DNA of 64,000 bases from an uncultured Planctomycetia bacterium (GCA_964629785.1 CAZVRU010000003.1:2740-66739); one strand, 5' to 3'. Counted from the first letter of the stretch, positions 9,916 to 18,559 are shown. The notes: generated by a model not told the origin, from the letters alone. Program-made: numbers and translations.

Positions 9916-11996
9916 ATTTTTAAACCTTTAAAATTCTTACTGATATTTTGAGCCAACATATTAGCCTGAATATTAAGTTCTTCGAGTTCGTCATGAATAG
10001 CCGTCATCGCTTCTTTAAAATCGAAATCCGGGTCTTCTTCTTCGGGTGCTACACCGACATATCTTCCTGGAGTCAAGCTCCAGTCGTTCTCTTTAAGGTC
10101 TTTTTTGTCTACCAACTTGACCAAGCCCTCTACATCCCGCAGAGCCTCTTCCGGAAAACGCTCGGTTAACCAATCCGATTGATGATGAAAATAGCGCACA
10201 ATCTTCAACTGATTAACTGCGATATCACGCGCCTCTTCAGTCTGTTTTTTTAGGCCAACGATTTCTCTTGTCTTCCATTCTTCGCTCTCTTTGGCATTGT
10301 GTGTGTTAAGGCATTCATCGATCAGCCTGTTGATAAGTCGAAACATAAGCTCTGCTTCTTTAATTAACTTATTGTTTTCTTCCGCAAACAACTCCAACTC
10401 TTTAACAGCATCAAAAAGGTTAACCTTATCTTTATTTTGCTTCTTCCACCATGCGTGTTTTTCATTTGCAAGCTGAAAAAATATCTGGCAATTATCCGTA
10501 TATGCTTTTACGCAAGCCGCAAGCTCCTTTATTGTCTGGGCCGATTTACTGTCTTTTGAAAGTGTAGAAATAAACGGCGCGACTTGCTTATTTAATTTGT
10601 CAAAGGCCGTGTCGTAATCCGCGGCTAAAGGAATGCTCTTTATTGACTCCTCAAGCGCTTTTGAAATATACCCCACAACCAAATCATGAAAACGTTTTGC
10701 CTCACCTCGATATAGCCACACAATAGAAAGAATGTTCTGGAGTTGTTCCGGACTGAAATCAAAGATTTTCCGAGTGACCTTGCGAAAGATATTGCGTGCG
10801 TCAATCATGAGAACTTTATCTTTATACTCTGCTGGCTTGGCTTTGTTCAAAAACCACAATTCACAAGGAACAGTTCGGGTATAGAAGAAATTAGTACGGA
10901 TGGCAATCATGATATCGACATGACCGGTTTCTATCAGCTTTTGCCGCACCTTAGTTTCACTTTTTCCAGCACTCGACGCTTGCGAAGACATAACAAAACC
11001 GCAACGCCCCTTATTAGTCAGGTAGCTATAGAAATAGCTGATCCAGACATAGTTTCCGTTTGAAACCTTTCCCTTTTTATTCACTCCGGGCAATCCGAAC
11101 GGCAGACGGGGATCATTTTTAATCTTTTCAGCATCGATTTCATCCACATTAAACGGTGGATTGGCCATAACAAAATCGGCCTTTTTATATAAGTCATGCG
11201 GATCTTCATAATAAGTTATCGCTTTTTTGATATCACCTACCAAACCGTGTACCGCGAGATTCATTTTAGCCAAATTAATGGTAGTCCCGTTCTTCTCAAG
11301 TCCATAGAAGGCTAATTTGTCGTTCGGATTTTCATGCAGATTCTCGACAAAGCGCGCGCTTTGAACGAACATCCCGCCGCTACCACAGGCTGGATCCAAA
11401 ACAGTCCCCCTTTTGGGTTCCAGAACATTCGCGATAAGTGACACGAGCGATACTGGAGTAAAAAATTCCCCACCGTCATGGGCTTTTTGATCCGCAAACT
11501 GCGTAAGGAAATATTCATAAATTCTTCCGAATACATCGCCAGAAACTTTTTTAAGCTCATCAGGGTTTAATGCCCTCAAAAGCTGTCCGAGTATCTCATT
11601 ATCCAGTTCACGATATTCCTGCTTCGGTAAAACACCTCGTAGAGTTTCGTAATCAGCTTCGATGGATTCCATTGCATCGATGATTGCTTTCGCGCGATCA
11701 TCGCTGTCTTTTAATCCCACTAAATAATCAAACTGTGCTTTAGGCTGTAAGAAGATTGATGATTTCTTGCTGAAATCTTCTTTTGTTAACGCTCTTTTAA
11801 CACCACCCCTTGACGGCAATGAAGCCTCGATGCTGTCTTTAACCGCCAAATACCGGCTGTAAGCATGGCGTAAAAATACCAAACCCATGACAGGCATGAA
11901 ATATTCATTGCTGGCGTAATTTGAATTGGCCCGAAGAGTATCCGCCGCACTCCAGAGCCGCTTTTCTATTGCTTCAATATTTTCAAGTTGTGACAT
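9912..11996 (-). CDS. hsdM: type I R-M N6-adenine DNA methyltransferase M subunit (695 aa from the ATG at 11996)
   Basis: Motif I LDPACGSGGMF and motif IV VMANPPFN. AAGGAG precedes the ATG at 11996. The track ORF start at 12062 would overlap the RadC-like gene. Confidence 0.9.
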   Translation of the reverse strand: MSQLENIEAIEKRLWSAADTLRANSNYASNEYFMPVMGLVFLRHAYSRYLAVKDSIEASLPSRGGVKRALTKEDFSKKSSIFLQPKAQFDYLVGLKDSDDRAKAIIDAMESIEADYETLRGVLPKQEYRELDNEILGQLLRALNPDELKKVSGDVFGRIYEYFLTQFADQKAHDGGEFFTPVSLVSLIANVLEPKRGTVLDPACGSGGMFVQSARFVENLHENPNDKLAFYGLEKNGTTINLAKMNLAVHGLVGDIKKAITYYEDPHDLYKKADFVMANPPFNVDEIDAEKIKNDPRLPFGLPGVNKKGKVSNGNYVWISYFYSYLTNKGRCGFVMSSQASSAGKSETKVRQKLIETGHVDIMIAIRTNFFYTRTVPCELWFLNKAKPAEYKDKVLMIDARNIFRKVTRKIFDFSPEQLQNILSIVWLYRGEAKRFHDLVVGYISKALEESIKSIPLAADYDTAFDKLNKQVAPFISTLSKDSKSAQTIKELAACVKAYTDNCQIFFQLANEKHAWWKKQNKDKVNLFDAVKELELFAEENNKLIKEAELMFRLINRLIDECLNTHNAKESEEWKTREIVGLKKQTEEARDIAVNQLKIVRYFHHQSDWLTERFPEEALRDVEGLVKLVDKKDLKENDWSLTPGRYVGVAPEEEDPDFDFKEAMTAIHDELEELNIQANMLAQNISKNFKGLKI

Positions 11997-12006
11997 ATGG
12001 TTCTCC

Positions 12007-12681
12007 TTAAAACAGTAATCCCTTTTCTTTAAAACTGATATAGTCATCATCGCAAATGACAATATGATCTATTACTTCAATATCCAAAATAGCGCCTGAT
12101 TGAATCAGCTTTTCTGTAAGCTTGATATCTGCGTCTGATACTTCTGTGTTTTTTGATGGATGGTTATGCGCTAATATGACTGATGCGGCAAAATGACGAA
12201 TTGCGGGTTCAAATACTTCGCGCGGATGCGCGACTGTTTCCGTCAATGTCCCTATGGAAACGATCTCTTTATGTACAAGTTGCTTGCTAGCGTTGAGATA
12301 AAGCGCAACAAAATGCTCTTTCTTTTTTCCCCGCAAGTCAGATAAATGAACAACTGCCTGTTCGACTGAGTCAATAATGGGGTAGGATTTATCAAGAGCA
12401 CCCGTAGCACGTTTGCCAAGCTCTAAAGCCGCCTTGACCGCAATCGCTTTTGTGCTTTCCAAACCTTTAATGCCAGTCAATTCATCTGGAGCAATCTCCA
12501 AAAGTTTTGTCAAAGGGTATTTCTTGAGAGTTTCTTTGGCGATATCTAAGGCGCTCTTACCGGCCCTGCCCGTACGAATCAAAATCGCAAGCAGTTCGGC
12601 ATCCCTCAGGCTCTCCGCCCCTCGCTCTAACAGCTTCTCTCTAGGCCGCTTGTGTTTTGGTAGGTCTTTAATTTTAGCCAT
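12007..12681 (-). CDS. radC: RadC-like JAMM-family protein
   Basis: N-terminal ELLAILIRTG HhH-like region and JAMM motif AHNHPS...SDAD. Confidence 0.85.
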   Translation of the reverse strand: MAKIKDLPKHKRPREKLLERGAESLRDAELLAILIRTGRAGKSALDIAKETLKKYPLTKLLEIAPDELTGIKGLESTKAIAVKAALELGKRATGALDKSYPIIDSVEQAVVHLSDLRGKKKEHFVALYLNASKQLVHKEIVSIGTLTETVAHPREVFEPAIRHFAASVILAHNHPSKNTEVSDADIKLTEKLIQSGAILDIEVIDHIVICDDDYISFKEKGLLF

Positions 12682-12736
12682 TTCTTCTCTTCCCTATTCT
12701 TCACTTTAGCAAACAATCTGTTGCTGTTTAAAACAA

Positions 12737-13288
12737 TTATGAGCCATTAGCCCCCACCGACTCACCTTTTTTCTCTGCCTTCTTAAACGCTGAAATGGCA
12801 GAACCGATTTCCTCAAAGGTAACCGGATAATAATCCCAGACCTCAACACATAGATTCACAACCAAAGACTTATCGTTCAGACGCTTAACCTTATACTTCT
12901 CATGAACGTGACCGCAGAAATTCCATGGCACATTCGGGTCCGCGTCCTCGGCCCGATGCGTCATACAGATATCTTTTGAGCCGTGGTGAATATACATCTT
13001 TGTGATGATCGTCTTAAGGCTATTATTCCTGTCGTGGTTGCCCTTGATAAATATGAATTTACCGTTAAGTTTTCTCTCAAACTCACGGTAGCGTTCTTCT
13101 CCGCCTTCTTTCCCGCCTTTAAAGATAAAGTCGCCCAGAAAGAATACGGTATCTTCAGGTTTCACCCTCTCGTTATGTTTGCGGATAATCACCTCATTCA
13201 TCTCCTCAACCGTCTCAAACGGACGGTTGCAATATCGGATGATATTGGCATGCCCAAAGTGATAATCCGATGTCCACCAGTAGTTCAT
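12737..13288 (-). CDS. calcineurin-like metallophosphoesterase
   Basis: Motifs SDYHFGH, LGDF, GNHD and GHVH in canonical order. Confidence 0.8.
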   Translation of the reverse strand: MNYWWTSDYHFGHANIIRYCNRPFETVEEMNEVIIRKHNERVKPEDTVFFLGDFIFKGGKEGGEERYREFERKLNGKFIFIKGNHDRNNSLKTIITKMYIHHGSKDICMTHRAEDADPNVPWNFCGHVHEKYKVKRLNDKSLVVNLCVEVWDYYPVTFEEIGSAISAFKKAEKKGESVGANGS

Positions 13289-13293
13289 TGTTC

Positions 13294-13397
13294 TTATTAC
13301 CCTATTTATTACCCCATTCGGGGCGTTATTACCCTATTCGCGCAATGTCCCATAAATGTCCCAAAGATGTCCCAAATGTCCCATAAATGTCCCAAAT
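13294..13397. promoter_or_regulatory. phased direct-repeat array (3x TTATTACCC, 5x ATGTCCCA)
   Basis: ATGTCCCA starts at 13346, 13357, 13368, 13377 and 13388 (spacing 11, 11, 9, 11). TTATTACCC starts at 13294, 13306 and 13326. The array lies between two co-directional genes. Confidence 0.5.
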
Positions 13398-13398
13398 C

Positions 13399-14844
13399 TT
13401 AAAGGGTATATTTTCGGCCTCTCCGATCACCTTTAGCTTGAATCAGCTTTTTATCAACAAGATTTTGCAAATCACGATATAACGTTTTACGCGTAGTCGT
13501 TTCATAAAAGTCCTGAATGTCCGAAAGACTAATTTCACCTTTTTCTTTAATAAGTTTAATGGCCATTTTTTGTCGGTCATTAAGACCCATTTGGCTTAAA
13601 TTCGTTTCCGTCAAGACATCTCTTGCCAATATCGTCTTAAATTCAAGATTCCGCACAGAAACGAACTCCGGCTCAGGAAGGCCATGTTTCTTGCATTGGC
13701 GAACCATCTCGGTCGTACCCGATCCTACTTGCTGAATATAGTCGCCAAAATATAAAACATTCGCCAGTGTTGGATTTGATGGGTGTGAAGAATGCGGCTT
13801 TTTCAAATCCTCAATCTTGAGATTTCCGGGAAGCGTTCCAGAATTCCATATCTCCACACGATCAAGAAACACCATTACCTGAACTGACGAAGTCGTATTG
13901 TAGTCCCGATGTGCCACAGCATTGACGATTGCTTCGTGAATAGCGAACTCCGGTATTTCCCGAGGCCGCGCAACCTGCACTGTATGCGATTGCTGAATGA
14001 CCGGAAATTTAATGGCGTCCAGAACAAAGGCTACCGCCTTATCGACCTGTTCAAAAAGGTTCTCTTCCTCGTAAATATGATACGATGTGAATGGCTTCAC
14101 CACTTCAGTGCTGGGCAACTGCACACACTTGATCTTTGCCTGATCAAAGAATTTGCTCGGATTCTTTCCGAATAATAAAATTGCGGCATTAGTCAGCTTT
14201 CCATCCTTGAGTAGTTTCAAATGAATGAAAATGTCAGTCACGGAAGCATCCAACCCAAGCGGGAAATTGCGTTTTGAACGAGCCGTCTTTAAAAACCATT
14301 TAACCTTGGCCTTGTCAATGTCGGACAGCTTGGCACCCTCACAAATACGCTGGTCGAATCCAGCTTTTCCGATCTCGCCTTTTTCTTTAAGAAACGCTAT
14401 CAGACTTTCATAGATTGAATCCGTCAGCCCGGTCACATTATCAAATCTTTTGTAACTATGCCCTGACTTGGGATTCTTCGCTACGGCAATAAAATCCTTC
14501 ATCCCGGGATCTCTTTGTTTATCGACAATATTTTGTCCCTTGATGTAAATCAAGATTTCTTTGTGCTTTGCCTTGGCCGCGCGATACTCCGCTTCTGTTG
14601 GAGATATTTTACCTTTACCAGACCCGCCATATTGCAAACCAAGAATGCCGATATAGATATCCCTTTTGCCAACTTCTTCGATGTAGGCAATTTCCGCTGA
14701 CTTGCTCTTTGCCGGAGAATCCTCGAATAAAAAAACATCAAAATATTCCGATAAAAGAGCATCCCTGTGGATAAACTCCTTCACTGCCCGTCGCTCTTTT
14801 TTAAGCTCTTTCTGCACCCCGCTGACAAATATTTTATATTTCAT
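13399..14844 (-). CDS. DUF4062-like N-terminus + AlbA_2 (Schlafen-type) + RecG-C-like HATPase_c_4 + wHTH protein
   Basis: N-terminal KIFVSGVQKELKKER with IYIGILG pattern. NAVAHRDY motif typical of the RecG-like C-terminal ATPase-like domain. C-terminal wHTH-like segment. The start overlaps the XRE stop (TAATG). Confidence 0.6.
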   Translation of the reverse strand: MKYKIFVSGVQKELKKERRAVKEFIHRDALLSEYFDVFLFEDSPAKSKSAEIAYIEEVGKRDIYIGILGLQYGGSGKGKISPTEAEYRAAKAKHKEILIYIKGQNIVDKQRDPGMKDFIAVAKNPKSGHSYKRFDNVTGLTDSIYESLIAFLKEKGEIGKAGFDQRICEGAKLSDIDKAKVKWFLKTARSKRNFPLGLDASVTDIFIHLKLLKDGKLTNAAILLFGKNPSKFFDQAKIKCVQLPSTEVVKPFTSYHIYEEENLFEQVDKAVAFVLDAIKFPVIQQSHTVQVARPREIPEFAIHEAIVNAVAHRDYNTTSSVQVMVFLDRVEIWNSGTLPGNLKIEDLKKPHSSHPSNPTLANVLYFGDYIQQVGSGTTEMVRQCKKHGLPEPEFVSVRNLEFKTILARDVLTETNLSQMGLNDRQKMAIKLIKEKGEISLSDIQDFYETTTRKTLYRDLQNLVDKKLIQAKGDRRGRKYTL

Positions 14845-15056
14845 TATGATTTACCCTTCTTTATCGCCTTTGCGATCTCTGCTTCTCGTTTGGCTAAATA
14901 TTTCTCCACATGATACTGCTGGATTTTGCTTGGGGTGGTTTTTCCGTTAAACCATCTGCTGACTGTCGAAAAAGCAACGCCCAGCTCTTTGGCCAGATCC
15001 TGCTGTGTAATTTTATTTTCTAAACGGTAGAGTTCTAATTTTTTAATAATGTCCAT
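14844..15056 (-). CDS. XRE-family helix-turn-helix regulator (70 aa)
   Basis: ITQQDLAKELGVAFSTVSRW HTH signature. Translationally coupled to the downstream gene. Confidence 0.8.
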   Translation of the reverse strand: MDIIKKLELYRLENKITQQDLAKELGVAFSTVSRWFNGKTTPSKIQQYHVEKYLAKREAEIAKAIKKGKS

Positions 15057-15228
15057 GGGGTATCACTCCTCTTATTTTGACAGGATTACCTCGTTTGCAC
15101 ATATTGCATCTTATAGCACAGATTTGTGCTAAAGTCAATGTTAAACTCCCAATACAAAAGCCGTGGTTTATATTAATGCTCTTTTGTAAATATACGCTTG
15201 TCATTAAGGCAACATATCAAACCGATAT

Positions 15229-15448
15229 TTGTCAGAAAAAGTATACAGTTTTTCTGACAAGATGCCCGAGCCCTAATGTTCACTCAACCTGTAATGTTCA
15301 CTAATTAGTGAACATTAGCAAAAAGTGAACATTGCGAGTCTGACAAGGCATAAATGTCCACTCGCCAGTGGACATTTCAAGGTAATGGACATTTATTTGT
15401 CGCAAAAAGTATGCAAGATTTGCGACATGGGTGTTCTATGGCGTAGAA
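15229..15448. promoter_or_regulatory. array of five different perfect or near-perfect palindromes
   Basis: TTGTCAGAAAAA-N8-TTTTTCTGACAA (15229-15260); AATGTTCACTAATTAGTGAACATT (15293-15316); AAATGTCCACTCGCCAGTGGACATTT (15352-15377); TGTCGCAAA-N12-TTTGCGACA (15398-15427); GTTCTATGGCGTAGAAC (15432-15448). Confidence 0.55.
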
Positions 15449-15476
15449 CAGTTGTGCTATGCTATAGAACAGCTGA

Positions 15477-16271
15477 TTATAAAAGCCCTTGGGATTTGAA
15501 GACGTCTTGAACGATTTTCTTCGCGGTTGCTCCGGATGGGGTCTCCCCTCCGGTAACATTACAAGCGAATACGTATGTTGTATCTCCACTCTCAAGAAAA
15601 CCAACAAACCAGCCCAGATTCCAATTGTCATCTGAGTCCATGCCTGATCCGGTTTTGCCGTAAAGCGCGCCTTTATCGGTTTTCTCAACCAGCATAATAT
15701 CACGCAATATTGCAATATTATCCTCAGAGAACGGAAGATTGCCGTCTAGGAGCTTGTTTAAAAGAGCTGCTTGTTCATCAACACTAATTTTGATTGATGT
15801 AGTATCCGGTCTCGGAAGCCAGAAGATATCGATCCCGGCTGAAATATCCTCTGAGCCATACCCAATCTTATTGATATAGTCCTTCATCCAGGCTTCGCCG
15901 ATTTCCCTCGCCAAGATCTGATATGCCGGAACAGCCGACACCCGGAACGCTTCCCGGAGCGTTAAGTCTTGATTCCATCCATCGATAAACCGTTTAACAC
16001 CATCCCATTTATACCACGGATCATCTGCTCCCTTAATAAGTCCCAGTTCAAGGCCAATCAGAGTATTGTAAATCTTAAAGGTCGAACATGGCGAAAGACG
16101 GCGAGCGCTAAGCGCCGGATCAATGTTAACCGTCTCGCCGGTTGAACGGTTATAAACCACCAGCGCGGCGTCATATTCCTGCAAAAGCGATGTATCCACA
16201 TCCAACGCGAAGGCAGTCGAACCCGATAAAAGAACGCTAAAAACTAATGTTATGATTTTTATGGCTTTCAT
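15477..16271 (-). CDS. class D (OXA-like) beta-lactamase with signal peptide
   Basis: STFK, SAV, KTG and WFVGF motifs at the expected spacing. N-terminal signal peptide ending AFA. Confidence 0.8.
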   Translation of the reverse strand: MKAIKIITLVFSVLLSGSTAFALDVDTSLLQEYDAALVVYNRSTGETVNIDPALSARRLSPCSTFKIYNTLIGLELGLIKGADDPWYKWDGVKRFIDGWNQDLTLREAFRVSAVPAYQILAREIGEAWMKDYINKIGYGSEDISAGIDIFWLPRPDTTSIKISVDEQAALLNKLLDGNLPFSEDNIAILRDIMLVEKTDKGALYGKTGSGMDSDDNWNLGWFVGFLESGDTTYVFACNVTGGETPSGATAKKIVQDVFKSQGLL

Positions 16272-16346
16272 TTTTTATTACTCCACCAATGCCGCGGCAA
16301 GCGACATCATCGACTTACTATAAATCGGCCAACGGCCACCCGAAGG

Positions 16347-16900
16347 TGCGTATGTACAGCTTCATAGCGTCTCCGTTAGCACCTTTGGGCGCTCCGATCG
16401 GTGTTTCCCTTCTGCAGAACAGCCCGCAGCATCGGAGCACCTATTATTGCGTATGTACAGCTTAGGCATAGTCCCCCTCCACACGCTTACGCATGTGGTT
16501 TCTTCCATTCCCCACACGTAAGTGTGGGGTCTGATTCCGTATATACTCTCTTACAATATCTACCTGATTAGTCGGGACTTCTCTACAACCATAACGCCTT
16601 GCCCAGAAATGTCCTCTTCCAGCTCTACAAAATTCCGGTATTCCTGCCAACACTTTTCTTGCAGAAACTGATTTGAGAACTCTTATCATCACCGACAAAG
16701 TAGTACGATCTTGTATTTTTACCAACATATGCACATGGTCCATATTGGTTCCCATCGCAATAATTTCATACTTCTTATTCCGGGAGACTTCTTCAAACGC
16801 CCTCTTTACTATTACATCTGTCTTACCCAGAAGTTTATCTCTTCTATACTTAGTAATAAACCAAACGTGATAATACATCACCTTTATAATTAATCTATTT
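16347..16900 (-). mobile_element. IS200/IS605-type or RAYT-like element (boundaries uncertain)
   Basis: A Y1 transposase gene plus the 16-mer TGCGTATGTACAGCTT repeated at 16347-16362 and 16448-16463. The two copies flank the hairpin GCTCCGAT...ATCGGAGC. Confidence 0.4.
16462..16881 (-). CDS. tnpA: IS200/IS605 family Y1 (HUH) transposase TnpA or REP-associated tyrosine transposase
   Basis: YHVWFITKYRR N-terminus, HUH motif DHVHMLV, and catalytic-Tyr region VREYIRNQ. Confidence 0.8.
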   Translation of the reverse strand: MMYYHVWFITKYRRDKLLGKTDVIVKRAFEEVSRNKKYEIIAMGTNMDHVHMLVKIQDRTTLSVMIRVLKSVSARKVLAGIPEFCRAGRGHFWARRYGCREVPTNQVDIVREYIRNQTPHLRVGNGRNHMRKRVEGDYA

Positions 16901-16955
16901 TATGCCTTACCCATGTCTGATTATTATACCAAAAACGGCAGGTATGATAAGGGGA

Positions 16956-17702
16956 TTAGATGCTGCCCAATAACATCTCTATTTTTTCGCCGATATTATG
17001 CAATAAAGCCGTTAACTCTGCGATCTGCTTAGCGAAACCGGGGAACCCGTCTTTTATTTTCCGCAGGGCAAACACTGACTCCCGGACTGCTTTTTTACAG
17101 ATTTCGAACTGGGCCACGGCATCATAAAGCGCCATATCTTCCGTCTCGGCCGGCCCGCGGAACCCGGCCAGGGCACGCTTTACTTTGACCAAAAGAAACA
17201 TATGATACCAAGCGACCGTTTCCAAATCATGTTTAAGCTCAGGCGCAGCCCCGTCATTTCCGAAAAACGTCTTTTTCAAAAAAACATGGGTTTTATCAGC
17301 ATAATTTTTTGCCGTGGCTTCCAAAAGACTATTCTCCATAGACCGGATACGTTCTTGTGTTTCCGGCGGCAGGTCCTCAAAAGCAACGGCATCTCTTTTG
17401 TCTATTTCTTCTTCAAACGCGGGATCATCCGGATCTATATCGAATTTATCCAGACACTCGTCTAATCTCTCATCCAACCCCGCATACTGAGCCTCTAAAA
17501 CAGCTTGGGTTATCTCCGGATCATCCTCGTCTCTTCCGTGAGCGATACAGGCAGCCCTGCGCTCGAATTCATCGAGATAAAGTTTACAACGGATTTGCTT
17601 CTCATGAGCGCAGCGCTCACACCACCGGTCACAAAAATTATACGGCGCTTCCTTCTCGAACTCAGCGTTCCTGCGATAGATCTCTTCCAATCTTTTACTC
17701 AT
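16956..17702 (-). CDS. hypothetical acidic protein with N-terminal CX3CX2C-X8-C cluster
   Basis: Clean ORF. Cys motif CDRWCERCAHEKQIRC. No family recognised. Confidence 0.5.
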   Translation of the reverse strand: MSKRLEEIYRRNAEFEKEAPYNFCDRWCERCAHEKQIRCKLYLDEFERRAACIAHGRDEDDPEITQAVLEAQYAGLDERLDECLDKFDIDPDDPAFEEEIDKRDAVAFEDLPPETQERIRSMENSLLEATAKNYADKTHVFLKKTFFGNDGAAPELKHDLETVAWYHMFLLVKVKRALAGFRGPAETEDMALYDAVAQFEICKKAVRESVFALRKIKDGFPGFAKQIAELTALLHNIGEKIEMLLGSI

Positions 17703-17803
17703 ATTCCCTCACGCCCGGCAAAGGCAGATCATTTACCCGTCTCTTTAAATTCGAGGTGTAAAACCGGTCAATCCTTTTTTTGATTTTTGCCATATTCACG
17801 GTA

Positions 17804-18547
17804 TTATTGGACTTCCACCGACGCATTGGCATCAAAAGGATTTGTCCGCATTGCCAAAGAAAATAAATAAGGATAATCGCGCTTCAAATGTTTCATGTAA
17901 TCCAGCCACTGCAAGATCAGCTGCTGATAGGCCCGTTTTATATCGCCGGACAGATGCTGATAATCATTATCCGGCAACCTGGTTACATCCTTTCTGTGAG
18001 CCAGCTCGTCCGTTAAGTGAAAAACCGCCCACAAAAGCTCGGTAAAAGATTCGTGTTCCAGCAAATTGGGGTTTTCAAGCAGATTTAAAAGAAACGGCCT
18101 TTTGCTCACCAAAAATTCTTTGACCTCGGCAAGGCTTGCGGCTTTGCTGTTAAGATCTGAGGCGTGATTTTTCACCGCCTTTCGGCCCGACTGAAATTCC
18201 TTATCGCTCCAATCCTTGGTGATGACAAGATTTTTCGCGATATCGGTAAGCCCCGGGTCAAACTTTGAAAATCTATTTAAAAGCTCTGTGCCGACTTCGC
18301 TAAAAAATGTGCCGATCACCATGTCAAGTTTTTTAAGCACCGACTGTTTCTCCCTGTATTCCAACAATCGATGCAGTACCATTGTGACAATCAATACATC
18401 AAGGAATAAAAAAGCGATATCTCCTATCAGATACAGAAAAATATGATGGGGGTCGCGGAATATTGAATAATGCAAAAGATAAAAAGCGATAGAGAGCCCG
18501 ATCAATAAGCTGCCGAGAGTCATCTGCCAATTAAAAAACCGCTTCAT
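17804..18547 (-). CDS. hypothetical membrane protein (2 N-terminal TM helices + helical domain)
   Basis: Two hydrophobic helices in the first 60 aa. The ORF starts 13 bp after the TrmO-like stop. Confidence 0.5.
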   Translation of the reverse strand: MKRFFNWQMTLGSLLIGLSIAFYLLHYSIFRDPHHIFLYLIGDIAFLFLDVLIVTMVLHRLLEYREKQSVLKKLDMVIGTFFSEVGTELLNRFSKFDPGLTDIAKNLVITKDWSDKEFQSGRKAVKNHASDLNSKAASLAEVKEFLVSKRPFLLNLLENPNLLEHESFTELLWAVFHLTDELAHRKDVTRLPDNDYQHLSGDIKRAYQQLILQWLDYMKHLKRDYPYLFSLAMRTNPFDANASVEVQ

Positions 18548-18559
18548 TATATCCCTTCC

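Noticed and set aside
12007-12062. The long N-terminal extension of hsdM. Analogous 5' extensions occur in the ORFs at 21194, 25199, 26442, 28707, 42312, 52493, 53445 and 63376.
   Set aside because: In each case an internal ATG is preceded by a good purine-rich RBS. That ATG gives the family-typical N-terminus or signal peptide. The extension would overlap the upstream gene or a repeat.
15377-15715. A 112-aa minus-strand ORF overlapping the beta-lactamase 3' end.
   Set aside because: It is out of frame with, and nested in, a gene that has unambiguous class D motifs. No motif of its own.
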